Assembly (NCBI GenBank): GCA_951406725.2
Contig: OX597816.1
Coordinates: 23,808,001-23,872,000 of the forward strand
Source of the DNA: Octopus vulgaris
Lineage: Eukaryota
Reading direction: 5' to 3'
DNA: 64,000 nt
Positions 40,663-53,767 of this stretch are shown piece by piece. The position numbers were made by a program, and so were the translations under genes. The number at the start of each line of letters is the position of its first letter. Within the stretch, counting starts at the first letter, position 1. The notes under the pieces were generated by a model. That model searched no databases, had not been told where the DNA came from, and saw nothing but the letters and a program-made list of their open reading frames with translations.

Positions 40663-40700
<38 letters not shown>

Positions 40701-40788
40701 GCGCCCGCACAAGCATATATATATACACATGCATGTGTGTCTCTGTGTGTGTGTCTGTGTGTGTGTCTGTGTGTGTGTCTGTGTGTGT

Positions 40789-40837
<49 letters not shown>

Positions 40838-41395
40838 ATTGTGTGTTTGTATTAATGTAACTTATCAGGTAGATAGATGATAGATAAATGGACAGAAACG
40901 AACAGACAAACAGACAGACAGATAGACAGGTGTATATTTAGCCTATGCAATAAATTAGTTGAATGTGCTTAGAGAAGTCGGCGGTGAAATCACTCTAACA
41001 ATGCCAGGATAGGTTCTAAGCAATAAAAACATTTAGATTCGCTGCAACGACTTAAGGACTTAAATCTTAACAGGATGAAGTATAATAGGTAGATGGAAGA
41101 TGCTCAGAAGTGGAGGAAGTAGAGATAGTCGGAAGGTAGAAGGGATTAAAATGACATAGATGAGGCGTAAGAGGGTTCGAAAATCAAACATACGCTCGCA
41201 CACACGCACAAACAGACGCACACACACACACGCACACATGCACATACATATATACATACACACATACAGAAACAAGATAAATAATGTAAGGAAGTAATTA
41301 TTTATATAAAGGGCGCTATATTCTAATAACTCTGTTTCGATTTCCGAGTTTCACGTTGCCGATCTTCAGACGATTGTGTGTCCGGCCAGCCATGA

Positions 41396-41712
41396 CTTTT
41401 TACTTGTTTCAGTTATTTGACTGCGGCCACGCTGGAGCACCGCCTTTAGTCAAAAGAATCGAAGCCCGAGACTTATTCTTTGTAAGCCAAGTACTTATTC
41501 TATCGGTCGCTTTAGCCGAACCGCTAGATAACGGAGACGTAAACACACCAACATCGGTTGTCAAGTGGGGGGGGACCAAACACCGACACACAAATACATA
41601 TATACATACATACACACACACATATATATACGACGGGCTTTTTTCAGTTTCTGCCTACCAAACCACTCGCAAGGCTTTGGTCGGCCCGAGGCTATAGTGG
41701 AAGACACTTGCC
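41396..41712 (-). mobile_element. SINE family 1, 5' truncated
   Basis: Body and tail match. Confidence 0.8.
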
Positions 41713-41752
41713 GAATGTATGTATATGTATGTATGTATGTATGTATATACAT

Positions 41753-41876
41753 TATAGTGTGGGCTAGAATTCATGACTTACTTGTTAGCTATATTTATTA
41801 ATATATTAATATATATTAATACGCATATTAAGAAATATGGCTAATAAGTGAGTCATGAATTCTGGCCCACCCTATA
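41753..41876. mobile_element. Tiny Tc1/mariner-like MITE (hairpin)
   Basis: tatagtgtgggctagaattcatgacttactt pairs with aagtgagtcatgaattctggcccaccctata; TA flanks. Confidence 0.6.
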
Positions 41877-41887
41877 TGTATATATAA

Positions 41888-42070
<183 letters not shown>

Positions 42071-42335
42071 CATATTTATATATAATTTATAGTTATTTTT
42101 TTTTTAATTTATGTAATTAGATATAGACTATTACCGATATTAAATTATTGGTGGGTTTCCTACCTTATAAATTAAAATTAATATTTAACATTATAATTGA
42201 TTTTGATATAATCATAATTGTTAAGTTTTAAGTTTCTAGTTTGATAATAGAGTTTATTATAAGTAAAATTATTATATTATTTATATCTTAAAAATATTGT
42301 TTAAATATTTCTGATTATTTTTAAAATATTTCAAT

Positions 42336-42431
42336 TAACCTGAAGATTGACTGTAACCATAACTCGAATTTTTAATTGAATTTAAATTATTGTTATTCGA
42401 ATTGGTACAGCCATGAAACGATCGTAGTGTT
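42336..42431 (+). ncRNA. Hammerhead-like motif with long helix II in an AT-rich, possibly Penelope-derived terminus
   Basis: ac-CTGAAGA-t-TGACTGTAACCA...TGGTACAGCCA-t-GAAA-CGATCG-TA-gt. Helix III is the palindrome ACGATCGT; helix I is short. Confidence 0.6.
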
Positions 42432-42794
42432 TTACTCTTTATCTTTTATTAAACTTTTAATACTTTTGATATATAAAAAAAAATTAATAAATAAATAAAT
42501 TAATTAATTAATTAATTAATTAATAAAATAATATATAAATATAAAAATATACATACATACATATATATATATATATATTTGTATATAAATTTAAATTATT
42601 TAAATAATTTTTTATTTTTAACTTTTATATTTTAAAATTAATTTTATGTATTGGCTTATGTTTTTCACTGTTTGATTTGCCTAATAGTGGTTTTATCTCT
42701 AATTTAATATAATATAATATAATATATTTATACTATAAAATTGGATTTAATCCTAAATCTCATTTTTCCCTGTAAGTTTGGATTTATTCCCTAA

Positions 42795-42860
<66 letters not shown>

Positions 42861-43073
42861 CCAAGATGTAACCACTTGTGAACCGTGAACCGTTGGCGAT
42901 TTTTTCCCTCCATCTTCCTTTTTTCTTGGATTTTTCTCTATCTCCTGTTTCTAAAGAAGAGGTTTGCTCGAAACGTAAAATACCCCTTCTTTCTTTCTCT
43001 GAGCGTCTTATTAATACTCTGCTTGTACCACGTCCTCGCGTTGTTGATTTTTCTTGTTGTCCTTTTTTATCCG

Positions 43074-43124
<51 letters not shown>

Positions 43125-43448
43125 CTAGTTTCAGCTTATGAGCTGTGGCCATGCTGGGGCACCGCCATTTGGTGTTGCTACTTGGTTTCACTTCATGGAG
43201 GCTTTCTAGCAACTGCTATTTGGTGCATGAGAGAGTTCGATGCAGCTGCCCTCATCTGCCCCTCCTGCCGTGAAGTTGGTTCATCTGGGACACCTGACAG
43301 GAAGAGATCCAGCTTCATTTTAAAGACATCTGTATCCACCCCATGCAGGTCTCTCAGGTTCTTCGGGAGGATATTGAAGAGCTGTGGGCCTCGGAAGCCC
43401 AGGCTATCACAGAATCTTGTCCTACATCTTGATGGCAGGTTTGGAGTC

Positions 43449-45410
43449 CTAGGCACCACGCAGTGCGCCCGTTCTGGCATTTGCGTAACTCTCGATGCCA
43501 AAGTTCAGGACACTTCCCTCCAGGATCTTCCAGATGTATATTATGGCATATCTTTCCCGCCTACGCTCCAGGGAATATAATTTTAATCTCTTGAGTCTTT
43601 CCCAGTAGCTTACATTCTGCATAGAGGCTATCTTCTTTGTGTAGCTTCGTTGGATCGCCTCAAGTTCTGTGATCAACTTGACACTGGATGGTGACCATAG
43701 CTGAGAGCAATAGTCAAAGTGGCTTAGGACAAGTGTCTTCCAGAGGACCATCATGGTTTCTTGTTCTCTTGTTCTAAAGGTTCTAAGAATCCAGCCAGCC
43801 AGCCGTCTACATTTCATTGTCAGTTTAGCAACATGTACATGAAAGGTCGCGTCATCACTCATGTGAATACCCAGGTCACGCACTGATTGTGCCTCTGGGA
43901 TTGCAATCCCTCCGGGTCCAGTGTATTCATTGGGTATTGCATTCAGTTTTGCATGCTGATAGTATAAAGCTTGAAACTTTCCAGCATTGAACTGCATGCT
44001 ATTCTTTTCAGCCCACTTGTATATTTCGTCCAGCTCACATTGCAGGTGTTTAGTGTCCTCAGAGTTCTGTATTGCCTGTGAAACTTTTGTATCATCTGCA
44101 TAACTTGTGATCGTGGCTCTCTGCGTGGCTGAGGGCATGTCTGAGAGGGCCATTATGAACAGTAGTGGTCCCAGAACAGTGCCCTGCGGAACACCGCTCA
44201 CTATTTGTGTGTTAATGGAGGTGGCCCCATTGGCTACTACCACCTGACTTCTATCCTTCAGAAAGTCATGAAGCCATTCTCCCAGTTTTCCAACTATGTT
44301 GAGATCACGCAGTTTGTGACATATCATTCCATGATCGACTTTATCAAAGGCCTTTGCAAAGTCGAGATATATCACTTCCACATTTGAGTGGTTGAGCAGC
44401 CGTTTCAGCACCCAGTCATAGTGTTGTAGGAGCTGAGTTAAACAGCTTCTTCCTGGTCGGAAACCATGTTGGGTGTCGGGCAGCAAGTCATTCTCTTCAA
44501 GGAAGGTGATCAGCTTCCTTCTGACTATTCGTTCCATGACCTTGCTGATGTGTGAGGTCAGAGAGATAGGTCTATAGTTCTTGGCTTCCGCTCTGCTACC
44601 TCCTTTATGAATGGGGCATATTTTACCTTCCTTCAGTATTCCTGGAAGTTTGCCAGCTGCAAGGAAGCTCTGAAAGAGGAACTGCAGTGGTCTTGCTAGG
44701 ACTCTCTTACATGCTTTTAGGAGGATTGCCGGGAATCCATCGGGGCCAGTAGCTGAGTCTGTTTTCATTTCATCTATAGCCTTGGTTACATCGTCTTCCT
44801 TTATATCGATGTAATCTATCGTCGCCGCCTCTGATTTTATATCTGCAGTGGTAAAAAAGTCAGTTGGATTGGTGATTTGGAGATGCCCAAGGGGTGGAGT
44901 GAAAACACTCTTGAATTGCTCATTTAGTATTTCACTTACCCTCATTGGTTTTCCTGTAAGTGTGCCATCCTTTTCGAGGAGTGGCCCTATTCTACAGTGC
45001 ACTGTAGCTGTTTCTTTGGCATACCTGTAGAAAGCTCTGGGGTTAGATTTTATGTTTTCTATAGCCCAGGCTTCTTTGTCTGCTCTTTCTTTTTCATGGG
45101 AGAGTTGCAGACATTTTTCGATTTCCAACAGTTTTATTTTTAGGCGGGACTTTTCACTGCTTTCAATCTGTTTGTTTAGGCGATTTGAAAATTTCGTACG
45201 CCGTCTCATTAAAATTTTCCTCTCTCTGGGGATTTTGTTCTTGTGTACAGTGGCCTTTCTCTCTGGGACACATTTGTAGCATATGGCTTGCATTACAGAC
45301 ATGAATTGTTGAAGTTTCACGTCGATGTCTGGCGAGGAGAGACATTTAGGCCAGTTTTGTTTGAGGATCTCTTTCTCAATTTGTTTCCAGTTTGCCTTAT
45401 GGTAGTTCAA
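43449..45410 (-). pseudogene. LINE ORF2 reverse transcriptase portion (653 aa open, frameshifted at both ends)
   Basis: GPDG, NYRPISLTS, QHGFR, YLDFAKAFDKVDH, SGVPQGTVLGPLLF, YADD and DLG motifs. Confidence 0.95.
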
Positions 45411-46150
45411 GCTGGAAAGATTTTGAGGTTTCTTGTAGGCTGCATGTCCGTGCTCTCTTTTGGCCCGTACATGGTCAGCTCTATCATGTTGTGATCCGAG
45501 AGTAGTGTCGGTGTCACTTTCACATTATGGATGAGATCCATGTCATTTGTGAAGCAGAGATCCAGTGTGTTACCTGCCCTGGTTGGTTGGAGTATTACCT
45601 GCTCCATGTACAGGGTGTTGATGAGGTTCAGGAGGGAACTCGCCTCTCCTCGTTCACATCTTGTCATTCCTGGGAGATAAAGGCCCTCGGGCCATCTGAC
45701 ATTGGGCAGATTGAAGTCTCCCATAAGAAGCACACCTATGTGTTGTTCTAATGTGGTTAGAATTTCTTCTATTTTTATAAGGCAGTCTTCAAACTTGCCC
45801 ACATGGCTTGGGGCATCTGGAGGGCGATATGTAGCACACACAACTACATCAAGTTGCCTAATATGTACAATTAGTGTGTCACACACCGAGTTTGAGTATG
45901 ACAAGAGGACCTGGGGTGTGAGGTCCTCACGGATGTACATAGCAACACCTCCATGACTCCTTTCTTTCCTGTCGGTCCGTAGTACAGCATACTGTGGTAT
46001 GTGTAACTCCGCATCTGCTATGTCCGGTTTCAGGTGCGTTTCTGTAAGTGCTATGCATAAGGCTTGATTGCATGCAACAAAGTCTCTCAGGAACGGGATC
46101 TTTGTCCTGTTACTGAGTGTTTGCAGTCCTCTGATGTTCAGTAGGAGTAT
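45407..46150 (-). pseudogene. LINE ORF2 apurinic-like endonuclease domain
   Basis: LLNIRGL, LTETHL, DR..GGVA, YRPP, GDFN, TLDL and SDH motifs, read in one frame starting upstream of the listed ORF. Confidence 0.93.
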
Positions 46151-46180
46151 CGAGGTGAGGTGTACGTTGTTTATTTTTTA

Positions 46181-46261
<81 letters not shown>

Positions 46262-46830
46262 TGTATGTATGTATGTATGTATGTATGTATGTTATACATA
46301 TAGGACGGGCCTCTTTTCATCAAATTTACTCTCAAGGCATTGATCAATCTGGTGGCACAGTAGAAAATACTTGCTGTACTATGAGATTGAACCCGAAAAC
46401 GCGTAGTTTCAAAGCAAGCTTCCTAACCTCTCAGCTATTAGAGTTTTGTAAAGTAAAGTTCGTAAATCTATAACCATCGAATCCTCGATTCTAGAACTTT
46501 ATACTCACATCTTCAGGATGAAGTAATGTTGGCGAGTGTTGCTGCCTCTTTTATAGTAAGCTACACCTACGTGATTTGTATAGGTATTACTCTAGAATTT
46601 GATTTTTAACCGTTAGATTCATAAGCCTTCCGTAGGATATTTGTTTCTATTAGTGATTAATGCATGTTAATTTTTTTTTTTGTTAATTGTAGAATTTTAG
46701 TTGTTCTATGAGTAGTGCTTCCATCATTAATCAACAACATTTGTGGGCGGTTCTCTGTATAATACATGTGTGTTTTACTAGAATGTTCCTTTCCAGTTCT
46801 GTTCCGTGATGTATGTTGTAGTGCATTGTA

Positions 46831-47397
46831 TTGGGTTGTCTGGAATGTTCGTGCCGATTTTTAAAGACAAGAAAAAGGTCAATAAATACTTGCCATTACA
46901 TTTCTAATCAACCAAATATGAACCAGTTTGTTGCACAATGGGTCTCTATCTTTCCTTTAACTTGAAAATACCCTCTTCCCAGAATTGAGGTGGTTTCATG
47001 GCAAAGAATTCATCAAGGTATCTTTTAACGTCATCCAAGGAATAGAAATTTTTACCATTAAGACTATTCTGCAGAGACCTGAATAAGTGGAAATCCGAAG
47101 GAGCAATATCTGGTGAATATGGAGGGTGGAGTAACACATCCCAGCCGAGCTGCAGCAATTTTTGTCTGGTTCCCTAAGTATCAAGTGCCTAAAATGGACT
47201 TTCTTATCTTCCATTTTAACGGGTTACAGAATTAACACAGGTTATAGGAACATAAATCTTCTTCCACGAAAAAAATAACTTAAACTTTACTCTAAATGGA
47301 GGTGTAGTCAAATCCTATTTTATGGACTCAACCATGTTCTAAAATAAGTCGAAAGGTAAACTACTATAAATCGGTACGAACTTTCCGGACAACCCAA
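46831..47397 (-). mobile_element. Internally deleted mariner with intact TIRs
   Basis: TIRs ttgggttgtctggaatgttcgtgccgattt and aaatcggtacgaactttccggacaacccaa with TA flanks. MEDKKVHFRHL is joined to GWDVLLHPPYSPDIAPSDFHLFRSLQ. Confidence 0.92.
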
Positions 47398-48194
47398 TAA
47401 TTAGTACTCGTTGTAAGTGCTAGATCACAAGCACTTTTATGTCATACATGTAAAGCCAATACAAACAGTTGAAGTCGTGAACTTTACAAATTTCCCGATT
47501 GCGATACACTGGGAATCACATTCATCGTTAACAGCATGTTCGTATGCTTACAGGCCATTTTAAGAGCGAATTTATTTTTCTTTATTTTTAACTTCAGTGG
47601 TTTTGTAGTACACAATTAGTGTTTGGGATTTGTGACTGTGCAAAATCTCATCTGTGTTACGAACATTTTAGAATATTTGCTTCATATAAAACACTTTATT
47701 TAACAGGATTTTCATTTCTAATAATCTAACGTTAGATATATCTGTTCCGCATGCATGAAATAACCTTAATACACTTTAATCAACCATTGAAAACACTGCC
47801 GAGACTTCAATACATGCTTAAACGAAAACTTGAACACAATATATACAGATTTGTGTATATAAGTGTAACTTAATATGAGCGCGGGCGTGTGTGTGTGTAT
47901 GACCGTGCCTATTAGCACTATTACGTTTTGGTTCCATAAGACTTCACTATAATTTGCCATTTATCTACTAAGTTCATTCGTTTGGCTTCTCACATGATCC
48001 ACTGCAAATATTATGCGCAGTCAGCACAGCAAGCTAACGAAATTCTTGCTAAATTGACAATACTAACGTTGCTTTCGCCATCTTGCAAATTATATCTCTG
48101 CCTTAACGTATCTAATTAGACATCGGTGAATTTGGGCCGTAGGAGTTAAGATACACATTCACCTCATCTGGTGTACTTTTATAAGAATAAATGA

Positions 48195-48203
48195 ATGTGT
48201 ATG

Positions 48204-48266
<63 letters not shown>

Positions 48267-48279
48267 GTATGTATGTATA

Positions 48280-48314
<35 letters not shown>

Positions 48315-48605
48315 ATGTATATATTTGTATATATATATGTATGTATATATTTGTATATATATATATATATATATGTATATATTTATACATAAATATATGC
48401 ATATATATGTGTATATGTGCATATATATATATGTGTATGTATGTATTTATACATAAATATATGTGTATATATATAAATATGTGTGTGTTTGTACATGTAT
48501 ATATACATATATATATATATATGCATATATTTATGTATAAACATATGCATACATACACACAGACACACACATATATATATATACATGTATATATATATAT
48601 ACATG

Positions 48606-48663
<58 letters not shown>

Positions 48664-48940
48664 TATATATATACATACACACACACACGCTCACATAGTT
48701 GTTACATATTTGGACATATGCATACATACATTCATACATACATACATACATACATACATACATACATACATACATACATACATACAAACATACCGTAGTA
48801 GTGTTGGGTGAGCTATTGATAGTATATCGTGATACCCAACGGCCAAGGTCACCGAGGTCTAATTAAGCAAGATGTATGCGCATGCGCAAGTGTGTGCCTG
48901 TTCGTGCATGTGGATGGTTCGATGTGTATGTATGCACGTG

Positions 48941-48995
<55 letters not shown>
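48195..48995. repeat. Compound (TA)/(TG)/(TACA) microsatellite field
   Basis: Directly visible. Confidence 0.93.
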
Positions 48996-49161
48996 ACCTT
49001 ATAATATATATCTATTATATAATATATCATATATCTTATAACCGAATTTTTTTGTTCCAACCAGTTGTACAGTTCATGCACATTATATATGCATGTAGCC
49101 AAGTATTTATGTGTATATGTGTGTATGCAGTTGAATTTGAAAAATATTTTCTTAAATTAAA

Positions 49162-49537
49162 AGTGACTGTGTGGTAAGAAGCTTACTTCCCAAACACATG
49201 GTTCCGGGTTCAGTTCCACTGTGTGGCACCTTGGGCCACACCTTGCCGACCCAAAGCCTTGTGAGAGGATTTGGTAGACGGAAACAGAAAGAGGCCCGTT
49301 GTATATATGTATATATATATATATATATGTGTGTGTGTTTGTGTTTGTCCCCCCAGCATTGGTTGACAACTGATGCTGGTGTATTTACGTCTCCGTAACT
49401 TAGTGGTTCGGCAAAAGAGACCGATAGAATAAGCACTAGGCTTACAAAGAATAAGTCCTGAGGTCGATTCGTTCAACTAAAGGCGGTGCTCCAACATGGC
49501 CATAGTCAAATGACTGAAACAATCAAGAGAGAGAGAG

Positions 49538-49579
<42 letters not shown>

Positions 49580-49797
49580 TGTGTCTGTGTCTGTGTGTGT
49601 GTCTGTGTTTGTCCCTCCACCATCGCTTGACAACCGATGTTGGTGTGTTTATGTTCCCGTAACCTAGCAGTTAGGCAAAAGAGGCTGCTAGAATAAATAC
49701 TAGGCTTACAAAGAATAAGTCCTGGGGTCGATTCGTTCAATTAAACGTGGTGCTCCAGCATGGCCGCAGTCAAGTGACTGAAACGAGCAAAAGAGTA
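49162..49797 (+). mobile_element. SINE family 1 followed by a second 3' half
   Basis: The tail occurs twice, at about 49480-49520 and 49745-49790. Confidence 0.85.
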
Positions 49798-50374
49798 TAT
49801 TTAAAAAATTCTTTTAAAATAATCAAATTAACACATACCATATGGAAGGAAACTTTTGTGCCAGTGCTTTTCACTGTCTTCAGACACGCGTGATTTTGAA
49901 AAGCTGAAAATAGGCAAAAGTACTTTAACAAACACAAATATTGCAGACCAAGCTTACCCCATTCATTTTACAAGCTTTTCTTTCCATGTACAGCTTGCTT
50001 AATTCGTCTTCTTTATTTGTGGCATTAAAAAACATTTCCTTCCGAATTTACTTCAGTTATTTCAGATATATGCAATGATGACTTAACTCAGACTTTAACC
50101 AACAGCCTTGGCTTGTGTTGGGCGCACTTTCTACATACATGCTCACCATACATCTTCTGATCATTCACTTGTATAAGGTTTCCGGTCTAACGTAAACAAT
50201 GCTTATGTGTCTTGATGCCCAACACTTCGGCTCCATTGAAAAATTTCTGCCCAGAATGAGCAGGGGCCTGCTAACATTCAGATAATATCTTGAACATTTC
50301 TGCTCAAAATATTTTATATTATCTTCGTAAAGAGGCTAACGCTCACACACATGAAGTTCCACGCTATACAAGTA

Positions 50375-50923
50375 CGCTGCACAACAATTTTTGTCTCATG
50401 CTACCATATTGGGACCAGGATTCTATGGTTGTGAAACATGGTCTATGAGGGTAGTCGATCAGCGAGGGCTGGAGGTGTTCGACAATGACTGTCTCTGCCG
50501 CATTCTTCGCTGCCGACGTATTGATCGGGTTCCTACAGCCGGTCTTCATCATCGCCTGAATCTCCGGCCCCCTCTCTTCGGTGCTTCTACATCGGCGCTT
50601 AAGGTGATTCGGTCATGCGGCCCGGTGTCCAGAGGGTGTGCTGATTCGCGATGTCCTCCTCCCACCTCCACTTCCTAGTTGGCGCAAATGCACGGGCGGA
50701 CAGCTGAAGACCTGGGCAACGACGATAAAGGAGGACCTCTCCGAACTCTCAGGTCCGCAGGTGGTCGGTCTGCGCAGATGGAACCACGAATGGCTCACTA
50801 TCTCCAGTGACCTCGCACAGCACTGTCGCGCGTGGGCCGCCATGGTTCTTGATGCCGTCAGTACCAGAGAAGAAGCTGGCTCAACCCGCCCTGGGTGAAC
50901 GCCGTCACAAGTACAAGTAAGTA
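50375..50923 (+). mobile_element. RTE-clade LINE 3' fragment
   Basis: YGCETWSMRVVDQRGLEVFDNDCLCRIL and WRK..GGQLKTW motifs, with a short acaagt/aagta repeat tail. Confidence 0.8.
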
Positions 50924-52769
50924 TTGGAACCAGACACGAGACTTCAAAGCCCTGAAAGAATCGGTTGTACCTTAAACCTTAGAAATATCTTATCATCACA
51001 GGAATAATAACATCTGAGATACCAGCTGCTCACCTATACAAATTTGTCGGTTAGTTCGATTTCTGTTCCATTAACTAAGATTGGTGGTTTCATGTCTCGT
51101 GGGACACTTTGGTACATTACAATGGTCTTGTCCAGACTAATAATGAGTCTGAATGCCTTGCAAGACGAAAATATATGATCCATGAGAATTTGCATATGAC
51201 TATAGCATATGTCGTTATAATCTGCGTAAAGGACATCACAAATAAGACTGAAATATTTCTACATTGGAATCAAAACACCACAGAAAGGAGATATTGTCGT
51301 ATGTCAAAGAAACGCAGTCACATGTGAAGTCAGGGGTTAAGACAACAGCAAATTACAGGGACAAGAGGCTAGAGCCAAGGATATCACACAGTTTTCTACC
51401 ATTTTCTTCGGGAATGAGTCCCTCCACGTTCAAATAGACATTGACTTATACTTCTCTTTGCTGGTGAAATGATTTTACTATCAATACAAAGCGATTTAGA
51501 CTAGTTTGCAGAGTATTTAACACAAGTATGCCCAATTCCTATTATTGAAGATTTTGTTAAAACACGGATCTTGGACAAGATCCATTTTCTTTTCATAGAT
51601 ATCTCGTGCATCAGTCATATTCATTGTTTCTCATTCAGAATGGAAATCATCCTAAGATTCGGGAATAATATCATTTATAACAGATTTATTTAGGTGAATG
51701 ATAATAATGATAATCACCAGAATCTTCCCAACAGCTGAAAATCCATCATTGCCTCATTTTTAGAGGTGGTTGCCACATTTCGTTCAGAAATCTTTTCCTT
51801 TATAAATCCAGCCAGACTTCATCGGTTTCTTTCTGTTTCGGTTTAGCCCTCATAATGTATGTTTAATGTTTCATATAAGTTGTGGCATCCGGTGCCGGCG
51901 ACCGAGTATCGATCTATTTTATTGCATTTCAATCTGTTTCTTAAACGAAATATACACTGCCGGAAGTTCTTGTTGAACTTGTTGACAAACAACAGCAGTA
52001 ATTGTATTCACTTCAATAGACGTCATTGATTGGTTGAAATTGCCGAAATACGAGAAATTAAACAAGAAATAGCTTACAAACTACAGAATTTTCTCAAGAA
52101 CGCCAAGAGAAAAAGATGTTTTATGTGACACATTCTACCAGTATATGAAGTTTAAAAGTGTTTAGTTAGAAAGAAATTATTTTTTAAATCTGCCGGTCAA
52201 AGTGAAAAGATCCATGTTTTCGAGCCCCAAAACCAGGAAATGTTTGGTCCACCATTTCTAGACAGCACCCAGGTCTCCAAGTCAATAAAGCTCTTCTGAA
52301 ACCGAGCAACTCGTTCATAAGCCAACTTAGTCTCATCGTTGTCTTGGACGATAAATCAGACGTCATTATGTCTACAACGGACATAATACGCTCATTTGGT
52401 AATTACGTACTTTTAATTTGTCACGTCTACGCGTGTCATCATCTTCCTATCGATGCAGGGACTTTAAAATGGGGAAGTAAACGAAACAAGTGCAGAATTT
52501 GAGGTTAAATAAGACTTATGCACCATCACGGAGAATCTCTTCACCGTAATAACATGAGCCAGAGATAAGCCAAAACAAGATATTGACATCAAAAAAGGAC
52601 GCAGCAGCACGATCTTTAGAAGCCGCCGAGGTTCTCAAAAACAGACAAAACCATTCTTTACACAGCAAGATTTATGTGAGAGTAACGTTCGCCTAGAGAC
52701 CTACTTGAACCAAAGATTAAAAGATTAAAAGTGATTGACACCCCGTGGTCTAACAACGCACCGAATACC

Positions 52770-52801
<32 letters not shown>

Positions 52802-53315
52802 CATATACACACATACACATACATACATACACAAACACATACATACATACATACACACATACACATACATACATACACAAACACATACATACATATATGC
52901 ATACATACATACATACATACATACATACATGCATACATACATGCACACATACATACATACATACACATATGTACACACATACATACATGTATGCATACAT
53001 ACATACATACATACATACATACATACATACATAATACATACATACACATATGTATACACATACATACATGCATGCATACATACATACATACGTACATACA
53101 TACACACATACATAAATACATACATACATACATACATACATAAATAAATACATACATACATACATACGTACATACATATATCATACACACACATACACAT
53201 ACATACATGCATACATACATACATACATACATACATACATACATACATACATACATACATACATACATACATACATACATACATACATACATACATACAT
53301 ACATACATACATACA
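52770..53315. repeat. (TACA)n microsatellite field
   Basis: Directly visible. Confidence 0.96.
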
Positions 53316-53767
53316 AGCGATGGGCGATAAGATAAGGTCACTTGAGTAAGGAATGACCACGCTTCTTTTCTCTTTTAAGAATGCTTGTTGTTCTTGTTCT
53401 TGTTTCACCCATGGCTGCCTCTATGTTGTTGCTTACTTTGTAAAACAGTAAGGGGAGAGGGTTGCTAGCACATCACCCTCTACTCACATTTCTCCCATCC
53501 ACATCTTTACCAGATGGGGCCCTAACAAAATCCGATAATAAGTATATATGCAAATTTCTCAAATTACATGTTCCCTACTAAAATCGGGTATAATTTGGCG
53601 ATCAGTCGACTTACAACACCGTTCTTCTTCTTGATTTTACTTGGTAGAGTTTGTTTGTTGACTTGACAACAAGGTAAGCTCTGACTGGTTGTATGCAAAT
53701 GAGTTCGTTGCTGAGGGCCCGAAACTCTCGTAGAAAAAAAATGTCGCGCCCGACGTGCTAGCGTTTC

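Larger units (their letters stand above)
39492..40664. mobile_element. Retrozyme/pseudo-LTR-like unit B: one inverted copy plus 2.3 tandem copies of a 360-bp unit
   Basis: Direct units start at 39841, 40201 and 40561. 39492-39839 is the reverse complement of 39857-40204. I saw only one SNP between units. Confidence 0.9.
43125..46170 (-). mobile_element. APE-RT LINE (CR1/Jockey group): ORF2 nearly complete, 5' truncated, (ATCA)n tail
   Basis: Endonuclease and RT motifs, 3' UTR stem-loop, (TGAT)n at 43076-43123. Confidence 0.93.

Noticed and set aside
39517-40855. Repeated 63-119 aa ORFs in the 360-bp units
   Set aside because: They recur only because the DNA is repeated, show no recognisable domain, and the unit is better explained as structured RNA.
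46445-46525. Minus-strand CTGAAGA-t-GTGAG...TTTAC-GAAC after a possible Penelope remnant (similar weak cases at 14305-14350 and 59540-59590)
   Set aside because: Core or helix III too degenerate to call.
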